Source: an uncultured virus (IMG/VR IMGVR_UViG_3300042505_000848) (taxonomy: Duplodnaviria; Heunggongvirae; Uroviricota; Caudoviricetes). From it: a stretch of DNA of 56,047 bases. Shown piece after piece: positions 25,313 through 34,044 of this stretch; position 1 is the first letter of the stretch, and every line of letters begins with the position of its first letter. Location: the IMG/VR virus record IMGVR_UViG_3300042505_000848, one strand, 5' to 3'. The notes beneath the pieces are model-generated. The model was given only the letters and a program-made list of their open reading frames with translations, did not search any database and was not told where the DNA came from. A program made the translations under genes and the position numbers.

Positions 25313-26986
25313 TTATTGTCCCTGTGTCACAGTAATTTTAGCACATCCGCCGGCAGTGGTACAGTTATGCGTGATTGAATAGTAGTTTTGAGTACTGCCA
25401 CTTTGTGTTAAGCTCAGATCAGTAGGCGTGCCGCTTAGATTAACTTTGGCCATATGGCCTGCACTACCTTGTTGTAGTATATCTACATTTTTATTACCGC
25501 CGCTCAGTGTGACTTCAGCATAGTGACTACCACTGTCTTTTTGTTGCACTAGTAAACTGTTGTTATTGCTACCGACATCGGCAAATATTCCTTTGCTGCC
25601 ACCAGTACTGGTCTGTTGTAGATCTACTGAGTTAAAATTGCCCACAACTCTCAAGTCAACATAGTTTACCTGTGTCGTGGCATTACCAGTTTGTGTGATG
25701 TTAACATCGTTGCTTAGGCCGTTGCCATAGTAATTAACATAATTATTTCGTGTACCAGATTGATTGACGATAACTTCATTCTGTGTTCCAAGTTGTTCAA
25801 TATTAACTTTACTATCGGCAGTTGTTCTGTTAGTAAATGTTAAAACTTTGGCTGTATTTGTTGTATTTGCATTGAAAGATGCTGCTGATCCTCCACAGCA
25901 TAATGTGTTGTTAGCTGCGGTCACTGGATCAACAATTGTATTACTAGATGCTGTTGATGTTGTTGTGCTGTTGGCATCATAGTAATAGGTAATCTCCGCA
26001 ATCTGCATACTGTCGCAATTCAGCCCGCACCCATCACCTGCTTTGGTAGTTGGAAACAGCATAAAGTAATATGTGTAAGCAGTGGTATTACCTGTGCTAA
26101 TCACTGAGCTAGTAGTAAAACGATTTTCACTTAATGTGATAGAATCTTGCTTAATCAATGTCCAAGTCGAACCATCATTACTGCCGTATAGTTTATAACT
26201 TGTAGGATCACGTCCACTAAAATCGTTGGCTGTGGTAACTGTAAATCCTGTCACTATTCTACCGGAATTTAACTGAACAGTAACACCTGCATTCTTCTTA
26301 TCAAAGTTTAGATATTTTGTATTTGGATTATTATCAAATGCATTATTAGGACCTTCACCGCCGGGACTATTATTACTAGTTGGTATTGCTCTAGTAATAT
26401 TAACTGTGGCACTGTTCATGTAGATTGCTGTAGGCGCAGGTGGAGGAGGACCTGCCGGTGCGGCAGTTTGCCCAGCAGCCAATGGAGTTGTTGATCCGTT
26501 AGCAGCGTATGAGTTAACCTGCGCCACTGTGGGATTCACTGTGCCAGTCCATGACAATCCGCTAGTATTGGCAAATCCTTGTGTCATACTAAACAACTGG
26601 CCAGTATTGTTATCGTTACCTACAAAGAAGAAATAGTCTGTGCCCATATTAATAATACGTCCAGTTCCCATCACTGCTTTCTGTGTGCCTCCTGAACTAA
26701 ATTGCACAGCGTTCCAGGGGTTAGTTGAATTACCAGTAGCAGCAAATGCCACATAATCACCAGTCGCCCATGCTAATTGTCCACTAGTCCAAGGGATCTT
26801 GTATGCTGTTCCTGGTTGCTTACTATAAATTTGACAAGTTGCTGTATACATACAGGCGCTGACGTTCCATTGACTGTCAGCAATTTGAAAGCGGCCAAAT
26901 TTTAAATCAACAAGACCTGTTGCTTGACTATGTGCGCTCAGACAAAATGCCGTTAGAAAAGAAAATATTAATAAGAAACGCTTCAT
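25313..26986 (-). CDS. Secreted protein: F5/8C (discoidin-like) domain plus C-terminal curlin-like repeats
   Basis: EGPNNAFDNNPNTKYL, YKLYGSNDGSTW, QIAEI; QxGxxN repeats. Confidence 0.75.
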   Translation of the reverse strand: MKRFLLIFSFLTAFCLSAHSQATGLVDLKFGRFQIADSQWNVSACMYTATCQIYSKQPGTAYKIPWTSGQLAWATGDYVAFAATGNSTNPWNAVQFSSGGTQKAVMGTGRIINMGTDYFFFVGNDNNTGQLFSMTQGFANTSGLSWTGTVNPTVAQVNSYAANGSTTPLAAGQTAAPAGPPPPAPTAIYMNSATVNITRAIPTSNNSPGGEGPNNAFDNNPNTKYLNFDKKNAGVTVQLNSGRIVTGFTVTTANDFSGRDPTSYKLYGSNDGSTWTLIKQDSITLSENRFTTSSVISTGNTTAYTYYFMLFPTTKAGDGCGLNCDSMQIAEITYYYDANSTTTSTASSNTIVDPVTAANNTLCCGGSAASFNANTTNTAKVLTFTNRTTADSKVNIEQLGTQNEVIVNQSGTRNNYVNYYGNGLSNDVNITQTGNATTQVNYVDLRVVGNFNSVDLQQTSTGGSKGIFADVGSNNNSLLVQQKDSGSHYAEVTLSGGNKNVDILQQGSAGHMAKVNLSGTPTDLSLTQSGSTQNYYSITHNCTTAGGCAKITVTQGQ

Positions 26987-28080
26987 GGTCTTCTCAATAC
27001 TCCGGTCTTCTGAATAATGTTTACAACATTGCCGCCTGGATCTCCGCTACCGATTATATTAAACGCATATTGATCGTTGTGACTGATTGATACAAAAGTA
27101 TTCGAATCGTATCCGGATGTTTTTACTTCAGCGTAGTGATCTACATTACTTCTGTAGGCTGTGCCTTTACCTTTACTTTGTATATCAGATGAATCATTCT
27201 TTTCCCACGCCACACATACTGATGTGCTAGCATTACAACCAATCTTTCCAGCTGCTTCCATCATGGCAAGTATCCGAGCACTTTCAATAGCTTCGTTTGT
27301 TTCTCTAACTCTCATGGCAATTCGACGTTGTGCTTCTACTTCAATATCTTCAAATTCTCGATCTTGTTTTGATCTTGCTTGTTGTTTTATTGCGAGCATA
27401 ACTTCTTGAGGCTTAACAAGAATTAAATTGTTACCTATATTGCCTTCGATAGTATTAACAACAACCGGGGCAGTTGGCATCATTGAAGCACTAGTGACAT
27501 AGGTAGCTTCAAACGCTTTGTCTAGAGTCACTGATCCGATGCCTGTACTTACTGTGATACTGCCTACTTTACAACGTTGTTCGTCTAATTCAAATTGTTT
27601 AACATCTTTTTCGTCTTTACAACTAGGAACCAGCATGACAAGACTTTGCCCAGTTTCGTCCACAGTCATAGTGAAGTCAGTGCCACGCACTGCCACCGTG
27701 GCTGTTGGGGTTTTAATGTTTACCTGTTGCGGATTATTTTTAGCAATTTGTCCACTAGCGTATCGGACAGTGCCCATACCAACCTTGAGCGCGAGCTTGC
27801 CTGCATCTGATTTCTTAGGATCGAAAACAAAATCGTCGATAAGCAATCTGCTGTTTTCTGTAACCTTGACTTTGGTATCATCTTTGAATGTTATATTACT
27901 TACACAGGCACCGGTTGTGTAGGTGTCCATGCTTTCAATGTCAGCCCCCTTGACTCCTGAAAGTTTTTTCTTGTTGCGTTCAACTTCACAGGCTGTGCCT
28001 TTGTTTTCTGAAACCGTGCCAATGCCAGCCCAGGAAGGGCTGGCCACTGTTAGCAATAGGGCTAACAATATGACACGCAT
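26983..28080 (-). CDS. FecR-domain periplasmic protein
   Basis: ITFKDDTKVKVTENSRL...TPTATVAVRGTDF. Confidence 0.85.
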   Translation of the reverse strand: MRVILLALLLTVASPSWAGIGTVSENKGTACEVERNKKKLSGVKGADIESMDTYTTGACVSNITFKDDTKVKVTENSRLLIDDFVFDPKKSDAGKLALKVGMGTVRYASGQIAKNNPQQVNIKTPTATVAVRGTDFTMTVDETGQSLVMLVPSCKDEKDVKQFELDEQRCKVGSITVSTGIGSVTLDKAFEATYVTSASMMPTAPVVVNTIEGNIGNNLILVKPQEVMLAIKQQARSKQDREFEDIEVEAQRRIAMRVRETNEAIESARILAMMEAAGKIGCNASTSVCVAWEKNDSSDIQSKGKGTAYRSNVDHYAEVKTSGYDSNTFVSISHNDQYAFNIIGSGDPGGNVVNIIQKTGVLRRP

Positions 28081-28082
28081 AA

Positions 28083-28898
28083 TTACCTCGCAATCGCTGT
28101 GGCTGGTGATACAATGTTCGAACTACTTGTACGAACTGTGATAGTGTTGTTGCTACCCTGTGTTTGTATATTAACTGTGGTATCGTTGGTACCTTGTTGC
28201 TGAGTGGTAATACTGTTATAGTCACCAACGGTATTCATGGCAAGAATATGTCCGTTAGCACCGGCTGCATCCATTTGCTGAATGTTGAATACGTTGGCAT
28301 TACCGTTAACAATATTAGATACTTGACCTCTGCTACTTAACAAACTGCTAGTAACTTGGTTGTTGTCACCATCTAACACTGTGTTAGTTGTGATATTGCT
28401 ACCGACTAGCTCTTGTAGAATCATGTTGTTATTACCGATAATTTGTTCTGTAATAACGTTTTGACTGTTAGTAGCATTATTGGGATTGCCAACAGTCAGT
28501 CTAGTTTGATTACCATTACCTAACATGTTGGTAGTATAACTATTATTGCTACCGCGAATGTTATACTGGCTGCTATTAGCATTGCCGGTTTGTGTGATGT
28601 TAACCGTATTTGTGCTGCCTGTAATAGTTCCGTAGTTTGTTGCGCTAGGAGCATCTGGTGTCAGTGTGGTAATACCTGTTCCAGATACTGCGGTTGCTAC
28701 TGTTGTAGTAACACCGCCAACATTGTTTGTCCCGCCAACCTGTTCGATAGTGATAGTATTGCTACTACCAACTTGTTCGATATAGACTTTGTTAGGGCCT
28801 GTTGCTGTCTGAGCACCACTTATGGTGGCAAAGCTCAAAAGCATCACTGTGAGTAATTTTCTCGACAACTCACTACCGCCTGTCATTGTTTGTTTCAT
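28083..28898 (-). CDS. Curlin-like (CsgA/CsgB-type) repeat protein
   Basis: Signal peptide; many IxQxGxxN repeats. Confidence 0.75.
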   Translation of the reverse strand: MKQTMTGGSELSRKLLTVMLLSFATISGAQTATGPNKVYIEQVGSSNTITIEQVGGTNNVGGVTTTVATAVSGTGITTLTPDAPSATNYGTITGSTNTVNITQTGNANSSQYNIRGSNNSYTTNMLGNGNQTRLTVGNPNNATNSQNVITEQIIGNNNMILQELVGSNITTNTVLDGDNNQVTSSLLSSRGQVSNIVNGNANVFNIQQMDAAGANGHILAMNTVGDYNSITTQQQGTNDTTVNIQTQGSNNTITVRTSSSNIVSPATAIAR

Positions 28899-28995
28899 TT
28901 TTTTTCTAATGTCAGTTTATTTTTTGCTGACAAGTTCCTTGGACCTGTGTCCGTTGATAATATTTACTTGCTCCTATTACAATATTATACTCCGC

Positions 28996-29043
28996 TGTTA
29001 AAATTTCAACATGTTAAAATTCCAACATGTTAAAATTCCAACA
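28996..29043. repeat. 3 x 16-bp tandem quasi-palindrome TGTTAAAATT(T/C)CAACA
   Basis: Directly visible; TGTT-N8-AACA. Confidence 0.9.
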
Positions 29044-29046
29044 CCA

Positions 29047-30291
29047 TTAAGGTTTGTCAACCAGTACATCCTGCTTAACAAATCCTGATCTCTTTTCTGA
29101 ATCGCTTACTTTGTGCCAGCCTTCTGGTCCCGGAGCAATAATGGTTAATTCAGTGCCTTTCTTTAACAGCCAGGTGCGCTGACTTTTTTCATTTGCTTCT
29201 TTATAAACATATGAATCTTCTTTTAAATATCTAGCACCAAATAAATCTACTGTGGGCTTTATGCCAGTTTGCATCGCTGTTACTTTTAAATCAGCTGTAG
29301 GTTCTTCTTTCTTTACTTCTTGGGAGGTACTGGATACGGTTTCGGTTTTGGTTTCGGATTTGGTCTGTGGTTGAACCAACTCATCTTTCTTCTCCTCTAC
29401 TGCTGGTGCAGGTGCAACTATTGGTGCGGGTATCGTTGGAATAACAGCAACCGGAGCACTTACTTTATTGCTTTTAAATGCCCAGTGACCTTTGCGGGCA
29501 CCTTCGTTGATAGTTTGAATTACTGCTGCCTGTACAGCTACGTCGATTGCCTTGTTGATGCTTTCATTTATACTGCCGCCGACTTCACCCTCTAACGCAT
29601 TTGCGTTAGCACCTAAAGTTGTGCCGTCTCCAACAAATCGCAATAATGTTACTTTGTCCATATAACTCAAGACTGTTTTGGTCACAGTCACTGTTGTTAA
29701 AATTTCGCCTGTAGACACGCTCACGGTTCTTAATGTCACTGTCACAGTGTCTGATTGATATTGTGTGCTTGCACCAATACCAAACAGTCTCACTCCACTG
29801 CCGCCTGTTAGGGTATTTGAATCATAGCCAACAATACCACCTTCCATGATAATTCCAGCAAACATCATTGGAGGCAACAGCTTGGCATCACGTCCTTGAT
29901 ATTGTTCACGCATTTGACGAATCATTTGACGTTCTTTAATCAAGTTCTCTAGACCGACACGTTCTAACACTGTGAACCAGCGTTGATCACCTACATCCTG
30001 CAGGGCCTTGATTAGATAGTTTTCAGCACCTTGCGTAACTGCTGAACTTAATGACGCAATCAGTGGCTGGCTTTTACGCTGCCCTGTTAGATCTCTAAAT
30101 CCATACACTGCCACTGTTAACGGACCGCCTTCTGGTGGTTGTAATTTATTAGCGTCTTTCTTTAGAAATTTACTAGACTCGACTTTTGGTTCGTCAAACT
30201 GATTTCCAGTTATTTTTTCTCTGATAGCTGAACTCGATGCGCAGCCAGTTAATACTGCAACAACTGCCAAGGATAATAATGTCTTTTTCAT
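29047..30291 (-). CDS. csgG: Curli assembly lipoprotein CsgG with C-terminal SH3-like domain
   Basis: Lipobox LTGC; VAVYGFRDLTGQRK, SAVTQGA, WFTVLERVGLENLIKERQ. Confidence 0.92.
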   Translation of the reverse strand: MKKTLLSLAVVAVLTGCASSSAIREKITGNQFDEPKVESSKFLKKDANKLQPPEGGPLTVAVYGFRDLTGQRKSQPLIASLSSAVTQGAENYLIKALQDVGDQRWFTVLERVGLENLIKERQMIRQMREQYQGRDAKLLPPMMFAGIIMEGGIVGYDSNTLTGGSGVRLFGIGASTQYQSDTVTVTLRTVSVSTGEILTTVTVTKTVLSYMDKVTLLRFVGDGTTLGANANALEGEVGGSINESINKAIDVAVQAAVIQTINEGARKGHWAFKSNKVSAPVAVIPTIPAPIVAPAPAVEEKKDELVQPQTKSETKTETVSSTSQEVKKEEPTADLKVTAMQTGIKPTVDLFGARYLKEDSYVYKEANEKSQRTWLLKKGTELTIIAPGPEGWHKVSDSEKRSGFVKQDVLVDKP

Positions 30292-30294
30292 CGA

Positions 30295-30780
30295 TTATCC
30301 CCCAAATCCAAATGTGCCGCTAGGCACGATCATTTCTGTAAATTGTCTTGGATCTAGTACATTTTCAATTCTAACAACAATATTAGTGCCTACTACTTTC
30401 CAAGTAATGAAATTACCTGCCACTTCCATCTCGCCACAGTTACCTGAATTGTTAGCAGTGCAAACTGGAACACCATTAACACCAAACAAACTGTCTGTAA
30501 TTTGTTTGGCTAGTTGTGAATAGATACGACTTTCTAAATTTGCTTTAAATTTAGCCTGCGGAGTGTTTAGTGCATCAGATTCTGCTTTTGCTTTTAGAGC
30601 ATCGGCAGCAGCCTTATTTTTATCCCTAGCTTGTGTTTCTAATTGGTGTATAGTTAAGACGTGAGAACTAAAACCAATACCACTAAAGGATGGGCTGTTA
30701 AAATTATGTTGTAATTCTGCACTGTTAGCTGCTGTTGCAATTGTAGCCATCAATGCGGTGGCTATTATAAACTTAACCAT
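30295..30780 (-). CDS. csgF: Curli assembly protein CsgF
   Basis: AELQHNFNSPSFSG; FKANLESRIYSQLAKQI. Confidence 0.8.
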   Translation of the reverse strand: MVKFIIATALMATIATAANSAELQHNFNSPSFSGIGFSSHVLTIHQLETQARDKNKAAADALKAKAESDALNTPQAKFKANLESRIYSQLAKQITDSLFGVNGVPVCTANNSGNCGEMEVAGNFITWKVVGTNIVVRIENVLDPRQFTEMIVPSGTFGFGG

Positions 30781-30870
30781 CGATTCGCTCCCGGTAGTTA
30801 CTGTTAGTATTTACGTAGGGACGATCTAAAGTTAACTGATTAGTTTAATCTAGATTAAAAGGATAGTTTA

Positions 30871-31968
30871 TTACGGTACCTTGACCTGCATACCATTCTG
30901 AGCACCGCCATCGATCCCTAATTTTTGTATGATCATAGTTTGTGCAAATTGGTCGGCAGTTTCAATGTATATGATATTTCCGGAACCGGTGTTGATGAAT
31001 AATATTCCTTTAAATTCATCATGTGTTTTATAATAATCAAATGCGTATTTTTTTAATGCTGTGTAAAAAGAATCAAATATAACCGATCCTTGATTGTTCA
31101 CTGCCGGGGCAGTTAATTGATTAAGTTCTGCAGGAGTTGCATCAAGATAGATAGAATTTATAACACCGCTAAGAGATGTTCTAATAAATTTTACCACACT
31201 GGCTGGCTTGGCACCTGCATTAATCAATGTTGGCCCGAAGTTATTCCAGAAATCTGATGTTTTTCCCACATTAACAGTAGCAGGCGCAGTAATTGGGGCT
31301 TTTAATCCCAACTTACTAGGAAGGCTTGCGGCTGCTGTTTTTAGTGCCGACAGAGTTGAAGTGCTGTTACCGTAGCCTCGAACACCTTTAATTCTTCCGC
31401 CGTTGCCTTTTACTTCAATTAATTTACCAGCAATTACTAAATCGCCAGCGTCTTTGCTTAACATGATTTTTGGGCTACAGATAGCCAAAAACATTTCTCC
31501 TGGGCCTTTTTGTGTTTTTGTCTTACCTGTTTTAAACAGTCCTTGAATAGCTATTAACTCGGGAGCGACTTGTTTATAAACATTGGGATAGTTAGTAACA
31601 ACCAATGATTCAAGATTTTGCCATACTCCGGGTGATAGTAGTTTTTTAAGATTAATAATGCCTTTTGTTGCTAATTCTACAGCGAAGCCTTCTTTTTCTT
31701 CATATGGTGCCTTGGCATCAATAATAGCTCTAGAAATAACAGTATGCACTTGACGAAGATCTTCGTCTTTCTGTAGAATCGAATCTACGCCACCGCCGAT
31801 ATCAATCTTTCTTACATAAGAATAAATTTGATGCAATTCATCGATATCTGTGACCTGATCAATTTTACTAACAATTGCCTGCTTTACATTAGTCAATTGG
31901 CTAGAATTTGCAGGAGTTTCTCCTGGGGTTTGCGATATTTTTTCTGATAAAAATTCAAAGGATCTCAT
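30871..31968 (-). CDS. Late protein with PD-(D/E)xK-like nuclease motif
   Basis: GPGEMFL...GDLVIAGKLIEVKG; N-terminal MRSFEFLSE. Confidence 0.55.
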   Translation of the reverse strand: MRSFEFLSEKISQTPGETPANSSQLTNVKQAIVSKIDQVTDIDELHQIYSYVRKIDIGGGVDSILQKDEDLRQVHTVISRAIIDAKAPYEEKEGFAVELATKGIINLKKLLSPGVWQNLESLVVTNYPNVYKQVAPELIAIQGLFKTGKTKTQKGPGEMFLAICSPKIMLSKDAGDLVIAGKLIEVKGNGGRIKGVRGYGNSTSTLSALKTAAASLPSKLGLKAPITAPATVNVGKTSDFWNNFGPTLINAGAKPASVVKFIRTSLSGVINSIYLDATPAELNQLTAPAVNNQGSVIFDSFYTALKKYAFDYYKTHDEFKGILFINTGSGNIIYIETADQFAQTMIIQKLGIDGGAQNGMQVKVP

Positions 31969-31976
31969 ACAGTTAT

Positions 31977-32660
31977 TTATCGGATTTCAGGGAACAGGCA
32001 TTCTTGGATAAAATGCTGAACATCGTCCTCTGATAGTCCTAAACTAACCATTACACGCGGTGTATGCGGGTTACACTTCTGATTTTGTGCATAGTAGTTC
32101 TGTGCTTCTGTAGTATCTGCCGCTGTATTGTTTGTTTCAGCAACTGTGCTTAGATAGTGTTCTATTGTAGTTTTTGCTAGATCTGTGATCTGTTGTAATT
32201 CTTCTTCATCGCTGACATTACCAGCAGCAACCATGCTACCACTGAATATGTTTGTAGCCCACTCGGGCAGGGCACGTTGTTTACGCCATTCTAATTTGGC
32301 CACTTCATCATGAAACCATTGCATCATAGGATGGTCAGCATCACCCGCTTTGGAGTAATCATGGAAACAACCTGTGATTTTGTTTTTGCCAGCAATTACA
32401 TCGAAGCCGTAGATCGGTGCTGGATTATGCGTATGCGGGAAGATGCAACAATGCATCATCCAAAGTCCCTTGCTTTCTCTAGCGTCTACTACATCAACGT
32501 GAGCACGACGATACCGATCACTAGTCCACACACGATTAACCCAGCCAGGTTGATTAAATCTTTCCATCCCAGGCTCATTAACCTCTTGACCCGTGCGGCT
32601 GAAGTTATCTTCCAATAGATGTTGGATCTCAATTAGTGTATCCCATACCTTACTCTCCAC
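31977..32660 (-). CDS. pcyX: Ferredoxin-dependent bilin reductase (PcyA/PcyX-like)
   Basis: RRAHVDVVD, LWMMHCCIFP, PIYGFDVIAG, FHD, RALPEWATNIFS, NPHT. Confidence 0.85.
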   Translation of the reverse strand: MESKVWDTLIEIQHLLEDNFSRTGQEVNEPGMERFNQPGWVNRVWTSDRYRRAHVDVVDARESKGLWMMHCCIFPHTHNPAPIYGFDVIAGKNKITGCFHDYSKAGDADHPMMQWFHDEVAKLEWRKQRALPEWATNIFSGSMVAAGNVSDEEELQQITDLAKTTIEHYLSTVAETNNTAADTTEAQNYYAQNQKCNPHTPRVMVSLGLSEDDVQHFIQECLFPEIR

Positions 32661-33195
32661 GATACAAATCTCGCATCATTTTAATAGCATATTCAAATGC
32701 TACACGAGCTTCGTCTCCAAGGTCGTCTGTTAGTGTTTGACGGATGGCCATTTTCATCGCATCGCCATTATCAAAGTCGTAGAACTTGCCACTGCTAATA
32801 TGTGCTACTTGTTTCTTAATGATTTGACCACCGAATAGGTCACCCATATGACGGCAGTATAAATGCGCCTTAACCAAATGTTTACGTTCCGGATCATTGC
32901 CTAGTTTGTGTAAGTATGTCTGATACTCAAGTGTAGCAGGAGTTAGATAACAGTAACTACCGTCGTCTAATTCTAGAAAGTCTGCAAGAATACCCTTGAG
33001 ACGAGGAAGGTCTGGCATTGTGACCAGGAACCCCTGACGCTGACAATACCATTCAATAGGATCGTATATGGCCAAAAGATTATAGAGATAATTTCTGTAG
33101 TCTTGTTTTTCAATCTTGCCACTCAGCAACATCTTGGCAAACACAGTGGTTTCTGCTTCGTGATGCAGATCTTTGGTAATCTCTCTTAGACTCAT
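32650..33195 (-). CDS. hemO: Heme oxygenase
   Basis: LREITKDLHHEAE; AHLYCRHMGDLFGGQ. Confidence 0.92.
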   Translation of the reverse strand: MSLREITKDLHHEAETTVFAKMLLSGKIEKQDYRNYLYNLLAIYDPIEWYCQRQGFLVTMPDLPRLKGILADFLELDDGSYCYLTPATLEYQTYLHKLGNDPERKHLVKAHLYCRHMGDLFGGQIIKKQVAHISSGKFYDFDNGDAMKMAIRQTLTDDLGDEARVAFEYAIKMMRDLYRGE

Positions 33196-33491
33196 TCTGG
33201 ATCCACTAACACACGCAAAGGTGATCCATTCTGACGGGCCACTGCTGTGGCTTCCATGCCTTTTTGTTCGGCGATTTCAAAACTGTAGACACCTGCAACT
33301 CCGCTACCTGTTTCATGTATTTCTAATGTAACTTCTTTGGCAGAAGATTCGGTGTGCTTAAATATTCCTGTAAGCAGTTCTATAACCAATTCCATTGGGG
33401 TGGAATCGTCATTAAGCAGCACCACTTTCCACAAGCTGGGTGGCTGAAGTGCTACAACTACTGATTCTTCTACTGCGGTATCTGTTGACAT
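33192..33491 (-). CDS. clpS: N-end rule adaptor ClpS
   Basis: KVVLLNDDSTPMELV...IHETGSGVAGVYSFEIAEQK. Confidence 0.92.
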   Translation of the reverse strand: MSTDTAVEESVVVALQPPSLWKVVLLNDDSTPMELVIELLTGIFKHTESSAKEVTLEIHETGSGVAGVYSFEIAEQKGMEATAVARQNGSPLRVLVDPE

Positions 33492-33514
33492 ATCGTTCCT
33501 GTGTTCTGTATTTA

Positions 33515-33538
33515 ATAAGGGAGGGTGGCCTCCCTTAT
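33515..33538 (-). terminator. Intrinsic terminator-like hairpin
   Basis: ATAAGGGAGG/CCTCCCTTAT. Confidence 0.75.
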
Positions 33539-33544
33539 AGTATA

Positions 33545-33988
33545 CTATTTAATATCGACAATGTCAATAACTTTTGGCTTTGCAGACTCGGGAACGTTTC
33601 TCACTAATTTAATAGTAAGCATGCCATTCTTTGTTTCTGCACCAACTACTTCAATGTGTTCTGCCAATGGAAATTCTTTGGCAAAATCACGAGTAGCAAG
33701 ACCTCTGTGTAGATATACAATTTCCGGATTCTCATGGCGAATAGATTCTGTTCCTTCGCCCGCAACTGTAAGAACATTAGATTCCACAGTAACAGAAATT
33801 TCCGATTTCTCAAATCCTGTCACAGCAATTTGAATCTCATACTGATTCTCACCAGTCTTGAGAATATTGTGTGGCGGATAGTTGTTGGTTACACTATTAG
33901 CGTAACGACGTTCCATTTGGTCAAACATGGTGTCGAACCCGACCAGTGCTCTGCTTAGAGCATCTAATTTTGTTAATTGATTGTTCAT
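33545..33988 (-). CDS. ibpA: Small heat shock protein (Hsp20/IbpA)
   Basis: NYPPHNI, IAVTGF, YLHRGLATRDF, NGMLTI. Confidence 0.93.
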   Translation of the reverse strand: MNNQLTKLDALSRALVGFDTMFDQMERRYANSVTNNYPPHNILKTGENQYEIQIAVTGFEKSEISVTVESNVLTVAGEGTESIRHENPEIVYLHRGLATRDFAKEFPLAEHIEVVGAETKNGMLTIKLVRNVPESAKPKVIDIVDIK

Positions 33989-34044
33989 AATAGTCTCCTT
34001 TTAAAGTAAGAACAATTGAGGCCTCGAAAGTACCTCGTTTATGA

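Noticed and set aside
28996..29043. Possible CRISPR array
   Set aside because: The 16-bp units abut with no spacers, and there are no cas genes in the window
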